The position numbers and the translations under genes were made by a program. DNA of 42,569 nt from NCBI RefSeq assembly GCF_001194135.2, contig NC_068993.1, positions 48,264,195 to 48,306,763 of the forward strand, read 5' to 3'. Below the pieces are notes generated by a model. It worked only from the letters and a program-made list of their open reading frames with translations, did no database searches and was not told where the DNA came from. Positions 13,800 to 24,820 of this stretch are shown in pieces (position 1 is the first letter of the stretch; the number at the start of each line of letters is the position of its first letter). This stretch comes from Octopus bimaculoides (lineage: Eukaryota).

Positions 13800-15051
13800 N
13801 NNNNNNNNNNNNNNNNNNNNNNNNNNNNNNNNNNNNNNNNNNNNNNNNNNNNNNNNNNNNNNNNNNNNNNNNNNNNNNNNNNNNNNNNNNNNNNNNNNNN
13901 NNNNNNNNNNNNNNNNNNNNNNNNNNNNNNNNNNNNNNNNNNNNNNNNNNNNNNNNNNNNNNNNNNNNNNNNNNNNNNNNNNNNNNNNNNNNNNNNNNNN
14001 NNNNNNNNNNNNNNNNNNNNNNNNNNNNNNNNNNNNNNNNNNNNNNNNNNNNNNNNNNNNNNNNNNNNNNNNNNNNNNNNNNNNNNNNNNNNNNNNNNNN
14101 NNNNNNNNNNNNNNNNNNNNNNNNNNNNNNNNNNNNNNNNNNNNNNNNNNNNNNNNNNNNNNNNNNNNNNNNNNNNNNNNNNNNNNNNNNNNNNNNNNNN
14201 NNNNNNNNNNNNNNNNNNNNNNNNNNNNNNNNNNNNNNNNNNNNNNNNNNNNNNNNNNNNNNNNNNNNNNNNNNNNNNNNNNNNNNNNNNNNNNNNNNNN
14301 NNNNNNNNNNNNNNNNNNNNNNNNNNNNNNNNNNNNNNNNNNNNNNNNNNNNNNNNNNNNNNNNNNNNNNNNNNNNNNNNNNNNNNNNNNNNNNNNNNNN
14401 NNNNNNNNNNNNNNNNNNNNNNNNNNNNNNNNNNNNNNNNNNNNNNNNNNNNNNNNNNNNNNNNNNNNNNNNNNNNNNNNNNNNNNNNNNNNNNNNNNNN
14501 NNNNNNNNNNNNNNNNNNNNNNNNNNNNNNNNNNNNNNNNNNNNNNNNNNNNNNNNNNNNNNNNNNNNNNNNNNNNNNNNNNNNNNNNNNNNNNNNNNAT
14601 CTGTATATCTGTATGTATGTGTGCCTGTGTGCCTGTGCGTATGTGTATGTCTCTTTGGTTGTGTATGTATGTGTGTGTGTATGTATGTATTTGTTGTGTG
14701 TGTGTATGTGAATGTGTGTGTGTGTGTAAATTTATTTGTACGTAATGTAACATCACGTAAGCACACTCATCGACTCTAAGATACACCCAACAACATAGAT
14801 GTATATACACCGAAAATGTCTCCTTGGAAACATTTCCAAATCTCATTATTGTCACTTAATTCAAGATTACCCTCCAGGATAATCCATCATATTAAGTATT
14901 TATCCGTAATTTGCATATATTTATTTGTTGCCAAAAATATTCAATTTTTCTCTACAACAATATTTATGTTGTTCTTACTATTTTTCTTGAAAACATATCT
15001 TTCAATTTCAGGTTCGACGTGTAAATACACACGCATGCATGCACCTAAATA

Positions 15052-15129
<78 letters not shown>

Positions 15130-16056
15130 NNNNNNNNNNNNNNNNNNNNNNNNNNNNNNNNNNNNNNNNNNNNNNNNNNNNNNNNNNNNNNNNNNNNNNN
15201 NNNNNNNNNNNNNNNNNNNNNNNNNNNNNNNNNNNNNNNNNNNNNNNNNNNNNNNNNNNNNNNNNNNNNNNNNNNNNNNNNNNNNNNNNNNNNNNNNNNN
15301 NNNNNNNNNNNNNNNNNNNNNNNNNNNNNNNNNNNNNNNNNNNNNNNNNNNNNNNNNNNNNNNNNNNNNNNNNNNNNNNNNNNNNNNNNNNNNNNNNNNN
15401 NNNNNNNNNNNNNNNNNNNNNNNNNNNNNNNNNNNNNNNNNNNNNNNNNNNNNNNNNNNNNNNNNNNNNNNNNNNNNNNNNNNNNNNNNNNNNNNNNNNN
15501 NNNNNNNNNNNNNNNNNNNNNNNNNNNNNNNNNNNNNNNNNNNNNNNNNNNNNNNNNNNNNNNNNNNNNNNNNNNNNNNNNNNNNNNNNNNNNNNNNNNN
15601 NNNNNNNNNNNNNNNNNNNNNNNNNNNNNNNNNNNNNNNNNNNNNNNNNNNNNNNNNNNNNNNNNNNNNNNNNNNNNNNNNNNNNNNNNNNNNNNNNNNN
15701 NNNNNNNNNNNNNNNNNNNNNNNNNNNNNNNNNNNNNNNNNNNNNNNNNNNNNNNNNNNNNNNNNNNNNNNNNNNNNNNNNNNNNNNNNNNNNNNNNNNN
15801 NNNNNNNNNNNNNNNNNNNNNNNNNNNNNNNNNNNNNNNNNNNNNNNNNNNNNNNNNNNNNNNNNNNNNNNNNNNNNNNNNNNNNNNNNNNNNNNNNNNN
15901 NNNNNNNNNNNNNNNNNNNNNNNNNNNNNNNNNNNNNNNNNNNNNNNNNNNNNNNNNNNNNNNNNNNNNNNNNNNNNNNNNNNNNNNTATATATAATGTA
16001 TGCATGTATATGTGTATGTACGTATGTATGTATATGTATATGTATATACATATATA

Positions 16057-16088
<32 letters not shown>

Positions 16089-16786
16089 AGCACACTTGTA
16101 TATGGAAGTACATTTTGTATAATTGTATCAGTGTATACAAGTGTGTGCGTGCTTGTGTGTGTCTGTGCGTGCGTGTGTGTTTGCGCTTCTTTGTGTGGGG
16201 GTTTGCATCTTTGTGTATGTACGTACGTGTGTACTTGTGTTTTCGCGCATACATATTAAAATGATTCGCTTAATTGGCATGATATCTGTATTTTTCATAA
16301 GGACTTGTTAATTCAGAGCTGCAGGGAAATAGAAACATCACTAAACTGAGCCTGTTAATAGCTGTGTGCTATACCTGTTGCTTCATGGCTCCACTGTGTA
16401 TATATATACAATATATGCCCTTCTTCCGTCTCCCTCAAAATAACAACCACAATCTTGAACACCATCGTCACCAATACCACCCTCACTGATACCACTATAA
16501 ACTTCTACCCGCATCCACCATCATAATGTAACACTGCTAGCTTTATCACTTAAACACTACCTGCACCTCAACCCCCTTTACCGCATTCACTGACTAAAGG
16601 CTGTGTAGTAAACAGAATAATGAGAGAGCAAGTCTTCACATGTGGATTGTTGGGAGTGTTATAACTTTTATGCGCACATTCACAAGTACCCGTGTGGATT
16701 ATAATGTTGTGTGTGTCAATATACGTGTTTATACACACATACACACACGCATATATGTGTATTTACAGTATGTAGGCATCATTTTT

Positions 16787-16825
<39 letters not shown>

Positions 16826-17692
16826 NNNNNNNNNNNNNNNNNNNNNNNNNNNNNNNNNNNNNNNNNNNNNNNNNNNNNNNNNNNNNNNNNNNNNNNNNNN
16901 NNNNNNNNNNNNNNNNNNNNNNNNNNNNNNNNNNNNNNNNNNNNNNNNNNNNNNNNNNNNNNNNNNNNNNNNNNNNNNNNNNNNNNNNNNNNNNNNNNNN
17001 NNNNNNNNNNNNNNNNNNNNNNNNNNNNNNNNNNNNNNNNNNNNNNNNNNNNNNNNNNNNNNNNNNNNNNNNNNNNNNNNNNNNNNNNNNNNNNNNNNNN
17101 NNNNNNNNNNNNNNNNNNNNNNNNNNNNNNNNNNNNNNNNNNNNNNNNNNNNNNNNNNNNNNNNNNNNNNNNNNNNNNNNNNNNNNNNNNNNNNNNNNNN
17201 NNNNNNNNNNNNNNNNNNNNNNNNNNNNNNNNNNNNNNNNNNNNNNNNNNNNNNNNTATATATATATATATATATATGAATATATCTATATGTGTCTGGG
17301 TGAGTGTGTGTGTGTCTGTTTGTGTATATGCATGATGTTTGTATGTAGATACATGTAGGCATTTGTAATAAATATGTACAATAAAGGTATGTATAAGAGT
17401 GTCGACGTCTGAGCGTCAGTGTATGTATGTATGTATGTATGTATGTATGTTTGTATGTATGTTTGTATGTATGTGTGTGTATGTATTTATGTATCCACTT
17501 ACTCGAAATTAAGATTTCACTCCGTCACAAGAACTTCTCTAGTTCAAGCACTTTATCGTAACGAGATACTACACGAGTTTCCTATAAATATATACATTTT
17601 TACTAAATGCTTTGAGCACTTTTTTCTGCTTCGTTTTTACAGCAGGCGACATATAACGAAGGCAGTGTCCTGCAGTGGAATCTGTATGTATG

Positions 17693-17775
<83 letters not shown>

Positions 17776-17780
<5 letters not shown>

Positions 17781-18000
17781 ATAAAAATATTCAGACAAAT
17801 ACATAACAAAAACACCAGGACATACAAATATATATAACATACAGAAAATTGCACTACTGGGCACTGCACACATCCTACGCAAAACACTTTCAATACAGTA
17901 ACCATAAGCGCACCACAGCAAACCACAGCACATACCCAAGGCGCACAGACCTGCGCTCGGTAGTGAAGTGAAAGCACGTTATAAGAATAAAACTACTGAA
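17776..18000 (+). mobile_element. 5'-truncated R4/Dong-type LINE 3' end embedded in (TAA)n
   Basis: KYSDKYITKTPGHTNIYNIQKIALLGTAHILRKTLSIQ* plus a short UTR, with (TAA)n on both sides (17696-17773 and 18001-18016). Confidence 0.85.
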
Positions 18001-18016
18001 TAATAATAATAATAAT

Positions 18017-18210
18017 ATTACCGAAAGGCTTTTGATAGTATTCCCCACACATGGATCCTGGAAACATTAGCACCCATAATCATAAAATATATAACACATT
18101 CCATGAATAAATGGCAGACTGTGCTACAGCTCCAAACAAAAGAGGGTCTCATAAAAACATTAATACACATTAAAAACATTAATACAACAAAGGTCACGAG
18201 TCAAGCCCTA
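18017..18210 (+). mobile_element. Reverse-transcriptase fragment of an R4/Dong-type LINE
   Basis: YRKAFDSIPHTWILETLAPIIIKYITHSMNKWQTVLQLQTKEGLIKT carries the KAFDSxPHxWI RT motif and starts directly after the (TAA)n tract. Confidence 0.8.
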
Positions 18211-18588
18211 TAAGTAAGCGAACTGACGCGATAAGCAAATACTATCAAATGGACGCTAGAGTGTAAATATACGAAGCCCAATGTGGCCATCATGACTACT
18301 CGTCTGATAAGGGTACACCAGCTACATACATCACAACTGTATGTGCACAACATGGGGGACCCCAGATGAAGATAAAACATCGCATGTCGTTGCAGGTGGA
18401 GCCCAATTAGAATTTTCTTGAGGTCGAATAGCCTATCCCGATCAAAAAGGTCTCTGAATAAGGAGTGTGTAAAGATGGTGACCGAAACATCCGCTACATT
18501 TCAGTTGCGATAGTCTCCATTTTGAATATGGGATTTTATTCATCCATCCATGCACACAAACAAGCATACATATACATATATATAGGCA

Positions 18589-18622
<34 letters not shown>

Positions 18623-19018
18623 AATTATATGTATTTATTTTATCCTAATTAATAATAATTCGGATAGAATTAATGGGTTAATAGAAACCAGGGTAGCAAA
18701 GATCACAAAATAACTGTGGTGTAATTCCTGTTTTTGAGGCAGAAACTCCTTGATATTTTGGGTATTTGAGATGATCCCCATACATTTCACTGAGGAGAAG
18801 TTCACATTTTTAACATCGACGATTCCTGTGGATCGCATAAATTGTAATTCTTCGAAACATATGTCGGAATAAAGTATGCAGTTATNNNNNNNNNNNNNNN
18901 NNNNNNNNNNNNNNNNNNNNNNNNNNNNNNNNNNNNNNNNNNNNNNNNNNNNNNNNNNNNNNNNNNNNNNNNNNNNNNNNNNNNNNNNNNNNNNNNNNNN
19001 NNNNNNNNNNNNNNNNNN

Positions 19019-19070
<52 letters not shown>

Positions 19071-19139
19071 CAGTACTAGTGAGATAAGTGAGCGGAACAG
19101 CATTCAATTATCTGTCGAGGTTTTCACAGATTAATGAGA

Positions 19140-19580
19140 TCGATGCGATACACGATGAGACTTATATAGGCATAAAATCATACCAGAAAAATTAGAAGAC
19201 AGAATTGCAGTCACCTCCATCTTAAAGAAGGAAAGAAAGAAAGAAAAAGGAAGTAAAAGGAAGGAAAGAGCGTAGTATAAGTTTTGGGAGGTGTCGCAGA
19301 GTAGAGATGACAAAACTTTACGGAGCATAGGAATGCCACTTGCTATTTCAGAGGAACACAAGTCATTGAAGAATTGTTAAAAGGGGGCATAGAATATGTA
19401 GTGCATGCGGTTACTAATATGTATGCACATATATTTCTACTTGCCATACCTGTATGGTATTTATTCTGCTAGCTTCAAAGACGACGGAATCAATATAAGC
19501 AATAGGACAGTATGGAATATGTGAACAAATGTGTACACGATCTTATATTAGGATCCTGATTCAAAAATGAGATAGCTATT
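19140..19580 (-). mobile_element. L2/CR1-group LINE ORF2 C-terminal relic
   Basis: Minus frames ..CSHI..IDSV..ASRI.. then FNDLCSSEIASGIPMLRK, matching the CSHIW...LD...CSSEIA C-terminal pattern. Confidence 0.55.
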
Positions 19581-20346
19581 ATAACCATGTACTTTAGTAA
19601 GTGTAATAGCTACATACAGAAAAGAAAAACATGGCTTCCTTCTGTAATATAAAACTGCACACGCTCGTTATCAACAGTTACCCTGTTATCTACCTCTCTG
19701 TCTTTCTTTACTTCTACCTCTCTGTCTTTCTTTACATCTACCTCTCTATCTAACACTCTGTCTATAAATTTATCTATCTGTGTCTCTATATGCATATTTT
19801 TTTTATTGATAGCGAATATATTCATTAATAGTAACTTCATCAAACTTGCTATATTTAAATCTTTTCTTAAGACCTTTATTTCCCATCAATTTTTTTTCCT
19901 TTCTACATTATTTTAACTATTGATATTTTATCCTTCACCTTGCATCCTTCTTTTTCTATTTTTCTTTGCGTTATTAATTCGTCTTCGTTCTCATCACACG
20001 GTCGCCTCTTCTTTTCTTCAGGTCTCATTTTCCTTTCCACGTGTATTTTTCTTTCTCTCCTTTCTTCTTACCACTTTTACCTTTTCTACAATTCTTACCT
20101 CTTGTGTTCCATGTTCCATTTGTTTTTCTTTGATGTTGTATTCCGTCCTTTCCTTTCATTTGCTTAATATATAATTTAGTATCTTTTTACCTTCTCATCT
20201 ACATCCTCTCATCTCTTCTTTAACTCTGCTTTCCTTTTTACATTTCTTTCACCGTTTCTTCCCATCCATCAATTACTTTTATCTCTTCCATCATATTTTT
20301 CGTTTATTTCTTCATTATATACTTTATTTCTTTATGCACATATATA

Positions 20347-20409
<63 letters not shown>

Positions 20410-20879
20410 ATACATACATATATATGTTTGTATATATATGTTATATATAGAGAGATAGAGAAACTGACATAGATATAGACATTCATATGTATTTAGACAT
20501 GTGTGTATGTATGTGTATTCATATACATACACACATAAATATATGTATGTGGTGTGTATGTATAAGTATATATATTTAATATCTACATCATACCTTCACA
20601 ACTACAGCTTATACATGTTTCAGAACCTTTTGGATCTTATCTTCCCTTTTTAATATACATTTTAATATCTACAGCATGGGGTCTTTTTTTTTTCATCGTA
20701 AACCCTTTTAACCTTTTTTTTTTTTTTTACCCGTTATACTTCTTTCGTCGTTTCTTTGCATCCATCAATTACATTCTACTCTTCAAAACCGTTTCAATTT
20801 CTTCTCATAAAACATGCTCACTTTCGTTATTTGTTAGAATCTTCATCTATCGTAATTCTGTTACCATCGAAATTACTAA

Positions 20880-21035
20880 GTAAGAAGGGGATGTCGAACC
20901 TAGTACTTCACTAGTATTATTTATTTTTGGAAGGATGAATGGGCAAAGGTAATTTGCGATAGATTTGAAACGAATAAGTAAATACATTAAGCACTTTTAC
21001 CCATCGTTCTAACGAGTCTGCCAATCCACTGTCAA
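20880..21035 (-). mobile_element. SINE family B, old copy
   Basis: GGAAGGATGAATGGGCAAAG...CGTTCTAACGAGTCTGCCAAT. Confidence 0.5.
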
Positions 21036-21190
21036 TTTCCAATGTCGTTCAATGAAATAAGGCCATATCTTTCCCTCTAATCTAAACTTGTTCCTAAATT
21101 ATATTTATATACTATATGAATACACACACGGACACACACACATAGATACTCCCGCATTTGTATGTATCTATATACGTCAGCTAAGTACTT

Positions 21191-21592
21191 ACTCTTTTAC
21201 TTGTTTTAGTCATTTGACTGCGGCCATGCTGGAGCACTGCCTTTAGTCGAGCAAATCGACCCCAGGACTTATTCTTTGTAAGCCTAGTGCTTATTCTATC
21301 GCTCTCTTTTGACGAACTGCTAAGTTACAGGGACGCAAACACACCAGCATCGGTTGTAAAGCGATTTTGGGGGGACAAACACAGACACACAAACATATAC
21401 ACACACATAAATATATATGTACATATATGCGACGGGCTTGTTTCAGATTCCGTCTACTAAATTCACTTACAAGGCTTTGGTCGGCCCGAGGCTATAGTAG
21501 AAGACGCTTGTCCAAGGTGCCATGCAGTGGGGCTGAACCCAGAATCATGTGGTTGGTAAGCAGGCTACTTACCGCACAGCCACTCTTGCGCC
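21191..21592 (-). mobile_element. tRNA-derived SINE family A (head GGCGCAGGAGTGGCTGTGTGGTAAG), near full length
   Basis: A-box and B-box-like head, CCTTGG(A/G)CAAG CORE-like motif, internal (TA/TG)n, and tail GCATGGCCGCAGTCAAATGAC. Homologous copies occur elsewhere in the window. Confidence 0.92.
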
Positions 21593-21639
21593 TATACTTG
21601 CTGACCCTTTGGCAAAATTTGAAACCAGTATTGCAGTCC

Positions 21640-22736
21640 TGAATGAAAATAAGCTGGCTGACCACTCTTCCGGAAAAAAGCAGTTTTTTTCTTTTTAACT
21701 GGATAAGACGTCGATGTGATCACCTCTTCATGATCGAAATATTAATTCAACATTTTGCAGAAATGCCTGATATCTTCAGCCCGAGAATCATGCCATTTAG
21801 CAATAATCTTGTAGGAATGACACAAAGCAAAACACTGTCATGGGATTTAGCAAAGAAAGGCAGCTGTAACGATGGGCTCAGGCACATGCTTAGTAATATC
21901 TCACCTTGTGATCACCTTTTCCTTCTCGAGCATTTTACCGTCAGCATTAGATCGAATCACATTGCATTACTTAATATATGTTGTCATGTTTTTCTGAATG
22001 AAAATATAAACGACACAGTTTCTTTTCCTTTGCGCTTTACAATCTAGTCATCATTAACATGTTATTTATTACAGGAGAAAAATACAACAAATATAAAACA
22101 GACTCACCATTCTATTATTTAATATTGCAAATGAATTTCATCACGACAGAAACCACAAATGAGCGCAGTATATTATAAGGTGTCATTCACCAAAGCAAAA
22201 GAGTAGCAACAATAAGGCTAGAGAACAAATATGAACAGAGTTAATGTACTTCATCTTGTATAATAATGCATACGCACATATATGCATGCATACATGCATA
22301 CACACCTACATACATACATCTCCACCAGTCGGTTATCACCGATCTATACGTCTCACCGTCTCCCCTCGCATATTGCATTCATTTCCTCTAGTCCCTCACT
22401 AAGTCCTACACCCAGTCATCTGGAATCTTCTCCCAGCTCATTTTGTTCTCGTAAAATGCATAGGAAATTCAAAGTGTATGATTTTGATATATCCAAGCGT
22501 TCTTCCATTTCAATCGAAGTTTCTTTAATATTAAAAGTCGATAAATTACATCGAAATCGTCCCGATTTATGCAGTGGTTTACACCAGAGCGATTTTCTGT
22601 TAATGGCTATGAACATTTTTGTCTTGTCTTTAGAAAAATCTTCAAAATCTTTAACCTGTCTATTAGGTCTATCATAAACACAACGACTCGTAATACCGGT
22701 CTTAAACCAGTCTTCTAGGCTTATAAATGACAGAGA
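21640..22736 (-). pseudogene. Orphan protein-like segments, unassigned and disrupted
   Basis: Open frame 22736-22419 (LEDWFKTGITSRCVYDRPNRQVKDFEDFSKDKTKMFIAINRK...EERLDISK) plus stop-containing frames at 22217-22107 and 21990-21640. Family not recognised. Confidence 0.3.
22310..22475 (+). mobile_element. L2/CR1-group LINE 3' fragment
   Basis: Encodes IWNLLPAHF. Nucleotide similarity to the reverse complement of 24585-24710 (CTGGAATCTTCTCCCAGCTCATTT vs CTGGAACCTTCTCCCAGCTCATTT). Confidence 0.7.
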
Positions 22737-22749
22737 TTAAGACACTCCA

Positions 22750-22928
22750 CCTTGATCAGGATACTAATCTGTGACAAGGTTAACTTCCAACTATTGCTGG
22801 AGCTCATTCAAAACTGAACGGACTGGAGCAATGTGAAATGGAATATTTTATTGAAAAGCAAAGCATATCGCCCGATCCACAAACCGAAACTACGACCTTA
22901 CTATTCTGAACCACTAGACCACGCACTT
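22750..22928 (-). mobile_element. Diverged tRNA-SINE of a further family
   Basis: Minus strand GCGTGGTCTAGTGGTTCAG (A-box-like), GTTTCGGTTTG (B-box-like), then ATTTCACATTGCTCCAGTCC. Confidence 0.55.
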
Positions 22929-23507
22929 TTGAAAACAGTATTGGTGTTATTTTTCTCGGTATAACACACAGCCTAAGAATTTTGACATATTATTTTTTTT
23001 CATAAACCATAAATTGTCTAACAATCTAAAATCCATTATTGGCGGTCTAGTTAAGAACATATCGATTAGAATATGGAGCCTTTTTGCAAATGTCAAGATT
23101 CTCATTGATAAAGCCGCTTCATCTAACAAAGCCTAGCATTGAAGTGGGTATATGAAATAATTACGTGTATATCTTCCACTAAATTGAATGAAATAAAAAT
23201 CCCCATTAGCATTGCAAAGGAAAGGCATAAGATCCTAAATGGAAGCAACGAGTTGGAACAACACGAACAATGAAATGAATCTTATTAATGCTATTGCAAC
23301 AACGAGTATACTGAATAGCTTAAACTTCAGAACTCCGAAGATTGAGCAGTCATGTGGAAACAGTGCTAACTATTCAACTAAACTTAGTATTGAACATTTA
23401 GGAAGTAAACATTAATGCCTCCTTACGCTCAATAGTAGGTAAAAATAATGATTCATACACATAATGATAAAAGATATATTTATGCGGAATATATAGTCAT
23501 AATATCG

Positions 23508-23640
23508 ATTTCAAATTTTGGAACAAGGCCTGCTATTTCAGAGGAAGGCATAAGGTGATTACAGCAACCCCTGTGTTCAACTGGTACTTATTTTATCGAC
23601 ACGAAAATGATGAAAGGCAAAATGGACCTTGGCGGAATTA
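23508..23640 (-). mobile_element. SINE family B 3' half, cut off by the family A copy
   Basis: ACTGGTACTTATTTTATCGAC...GACCTTGGCGGAATT ends exactly where GGCGCAGG begins. Confidence 0.8.
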
Positions 23641-23967
23641 GGCGCAGGCGTGGCTGTGTGGTAATAAGTTTGTTTCCCAACCATATGATTCTGCGTTCAT
23701 TCCGTCTGCATGGCACCTTGGGAAAGTGGCTTCTACTATAGCCTCAGATCTACCAAAGCCTTGTGAGTGGATTTGGTAGACGTAAACTCATAGGAACCTG
23801 TCGTATATATGTTTATGTGTGTGTGTGTCTTTATGTCTGTGTTTGTCCCCTCACCATCAATTGATAACCATTGTTGGTTCGACAAAAGAAATTGATAGAA
23901 TAATACTAGGCTTACAAAGAATAAGTCCTGGGGTCGATTTCTTTGACTAAGAGACCTTTAAAGGTGC
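23641..23967 (+). mobile_element. SINE family A, 3'-clipped
   Basis: Collinear with the reverse complement of 21191-21592. Confidence 0.9.
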
Positions 23968-24037
23968 CACGCAGTGGGATTGGAACCGGAACCATATGGT
24001 TGGTCAACAAGCTACTTACCACACAGGCACACCTGTA
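23963..24037 (-). mobile_element. SINE family A tRNA head only, inverted
   Basis: GGTGCCACGCAGTGGGATTGGAACCCGGAACCATATGGTTGG... is the reverse complement of the family A head. Confidence 0.85.
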
Positions 24038-24047
24038 CGATATATTT

Positions 24048-24222
24048 TTTTCTACTCTGGACACAAAGCCCGGAATTTTGGGGGTACTTAATTTATCGAC
24101 CTCGAAAAGATGAAAGTCAAAGTCGACCTCGATGGAATTTGAACTCAGAACATGAAGACAGACGAAATATGGATAAGCATTTAGCGCTTGGCGTGCTAAC
24201 GCTTCTGCCAGCTCGACGCCTT
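24048..24222 (-). mobile_element. SINE family B with internal deletion
   Basis: TTTATCGACCTCGAAAAGATGAAAGTCAAAGTCGACCTCG...CTGCCAGCTCGACGCC. Confidence 0.88.
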
Positions 24223-24484
24223 CTCCTGCACGATATGTTGCAACCTAACTCGTTTGCATTTTTGAAACGATAATATAAATTTACGTCGTGTAATATAACT
24301 GAAAAAATAACTCCAATATTGTTCTCAAAACGCGTGTCCTAGTGTTTAGAGTGTGAGGCTACTTAACTTCAGTGGATATTTCGTTAAATAATGGGGTTGA
24401 GACTCTCATATTTGGATGCGCAATCAAATGAGATATGGAATAAATATCAATGGAATATCGTTGATTATAGGTATGTTCCCTTAT

Positions 24485-24820
24485 AGTTTTGTTCTTTATT
24501 TGTTGTTTCTTTTACAGGTGGTCCGTGGTATGTGAGTTTGATGCTACTAATATTCCGTTTAAACTATTGCAGGAGAAGAATTACGAGAAAGAAATGAGCT
24601 GGGAGAAGGTTCCAGAAGATTAGGTGTAGGATTTTGTGTGGAACAAGAGGAAATGAGATGTGGAGTGACGGAGCGACGTATAGGTTGAGGATGTCTGAGT
24701 GGTGCAGGGGCGAGACCAGCCAGATTCAAAGGGCCAGATTCAAAGGGCCAGATGCCATTATAGTAGCGATAGAAAGATAGAGAGAAGACAACACCCCTAG
24801 GGGTCAGAGGCTGAGTCATG
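24485..24820 (-). mobile_element. L2/CR1-group LINE 3' end with A-rich tail
   Basis: Minus frames VVFSLSFYRYYNG...WNLLPAHFF...FKRNISSI. An A-rich tail reads out towards 24485. Confidence 0.8.

Noticed and set aside
19686-19750. 24-bp repeat reading KKDREV(D/E)V
   Set aside because: Only about 2.5 copies, derived from GA-rich low-complexity sequence.
23238-23414. 58-aa plus ORF MEATSWNNT... and a hydrophobic antisense frame
   Set aside because: Short, within chance expectation, with no splice or homology support.
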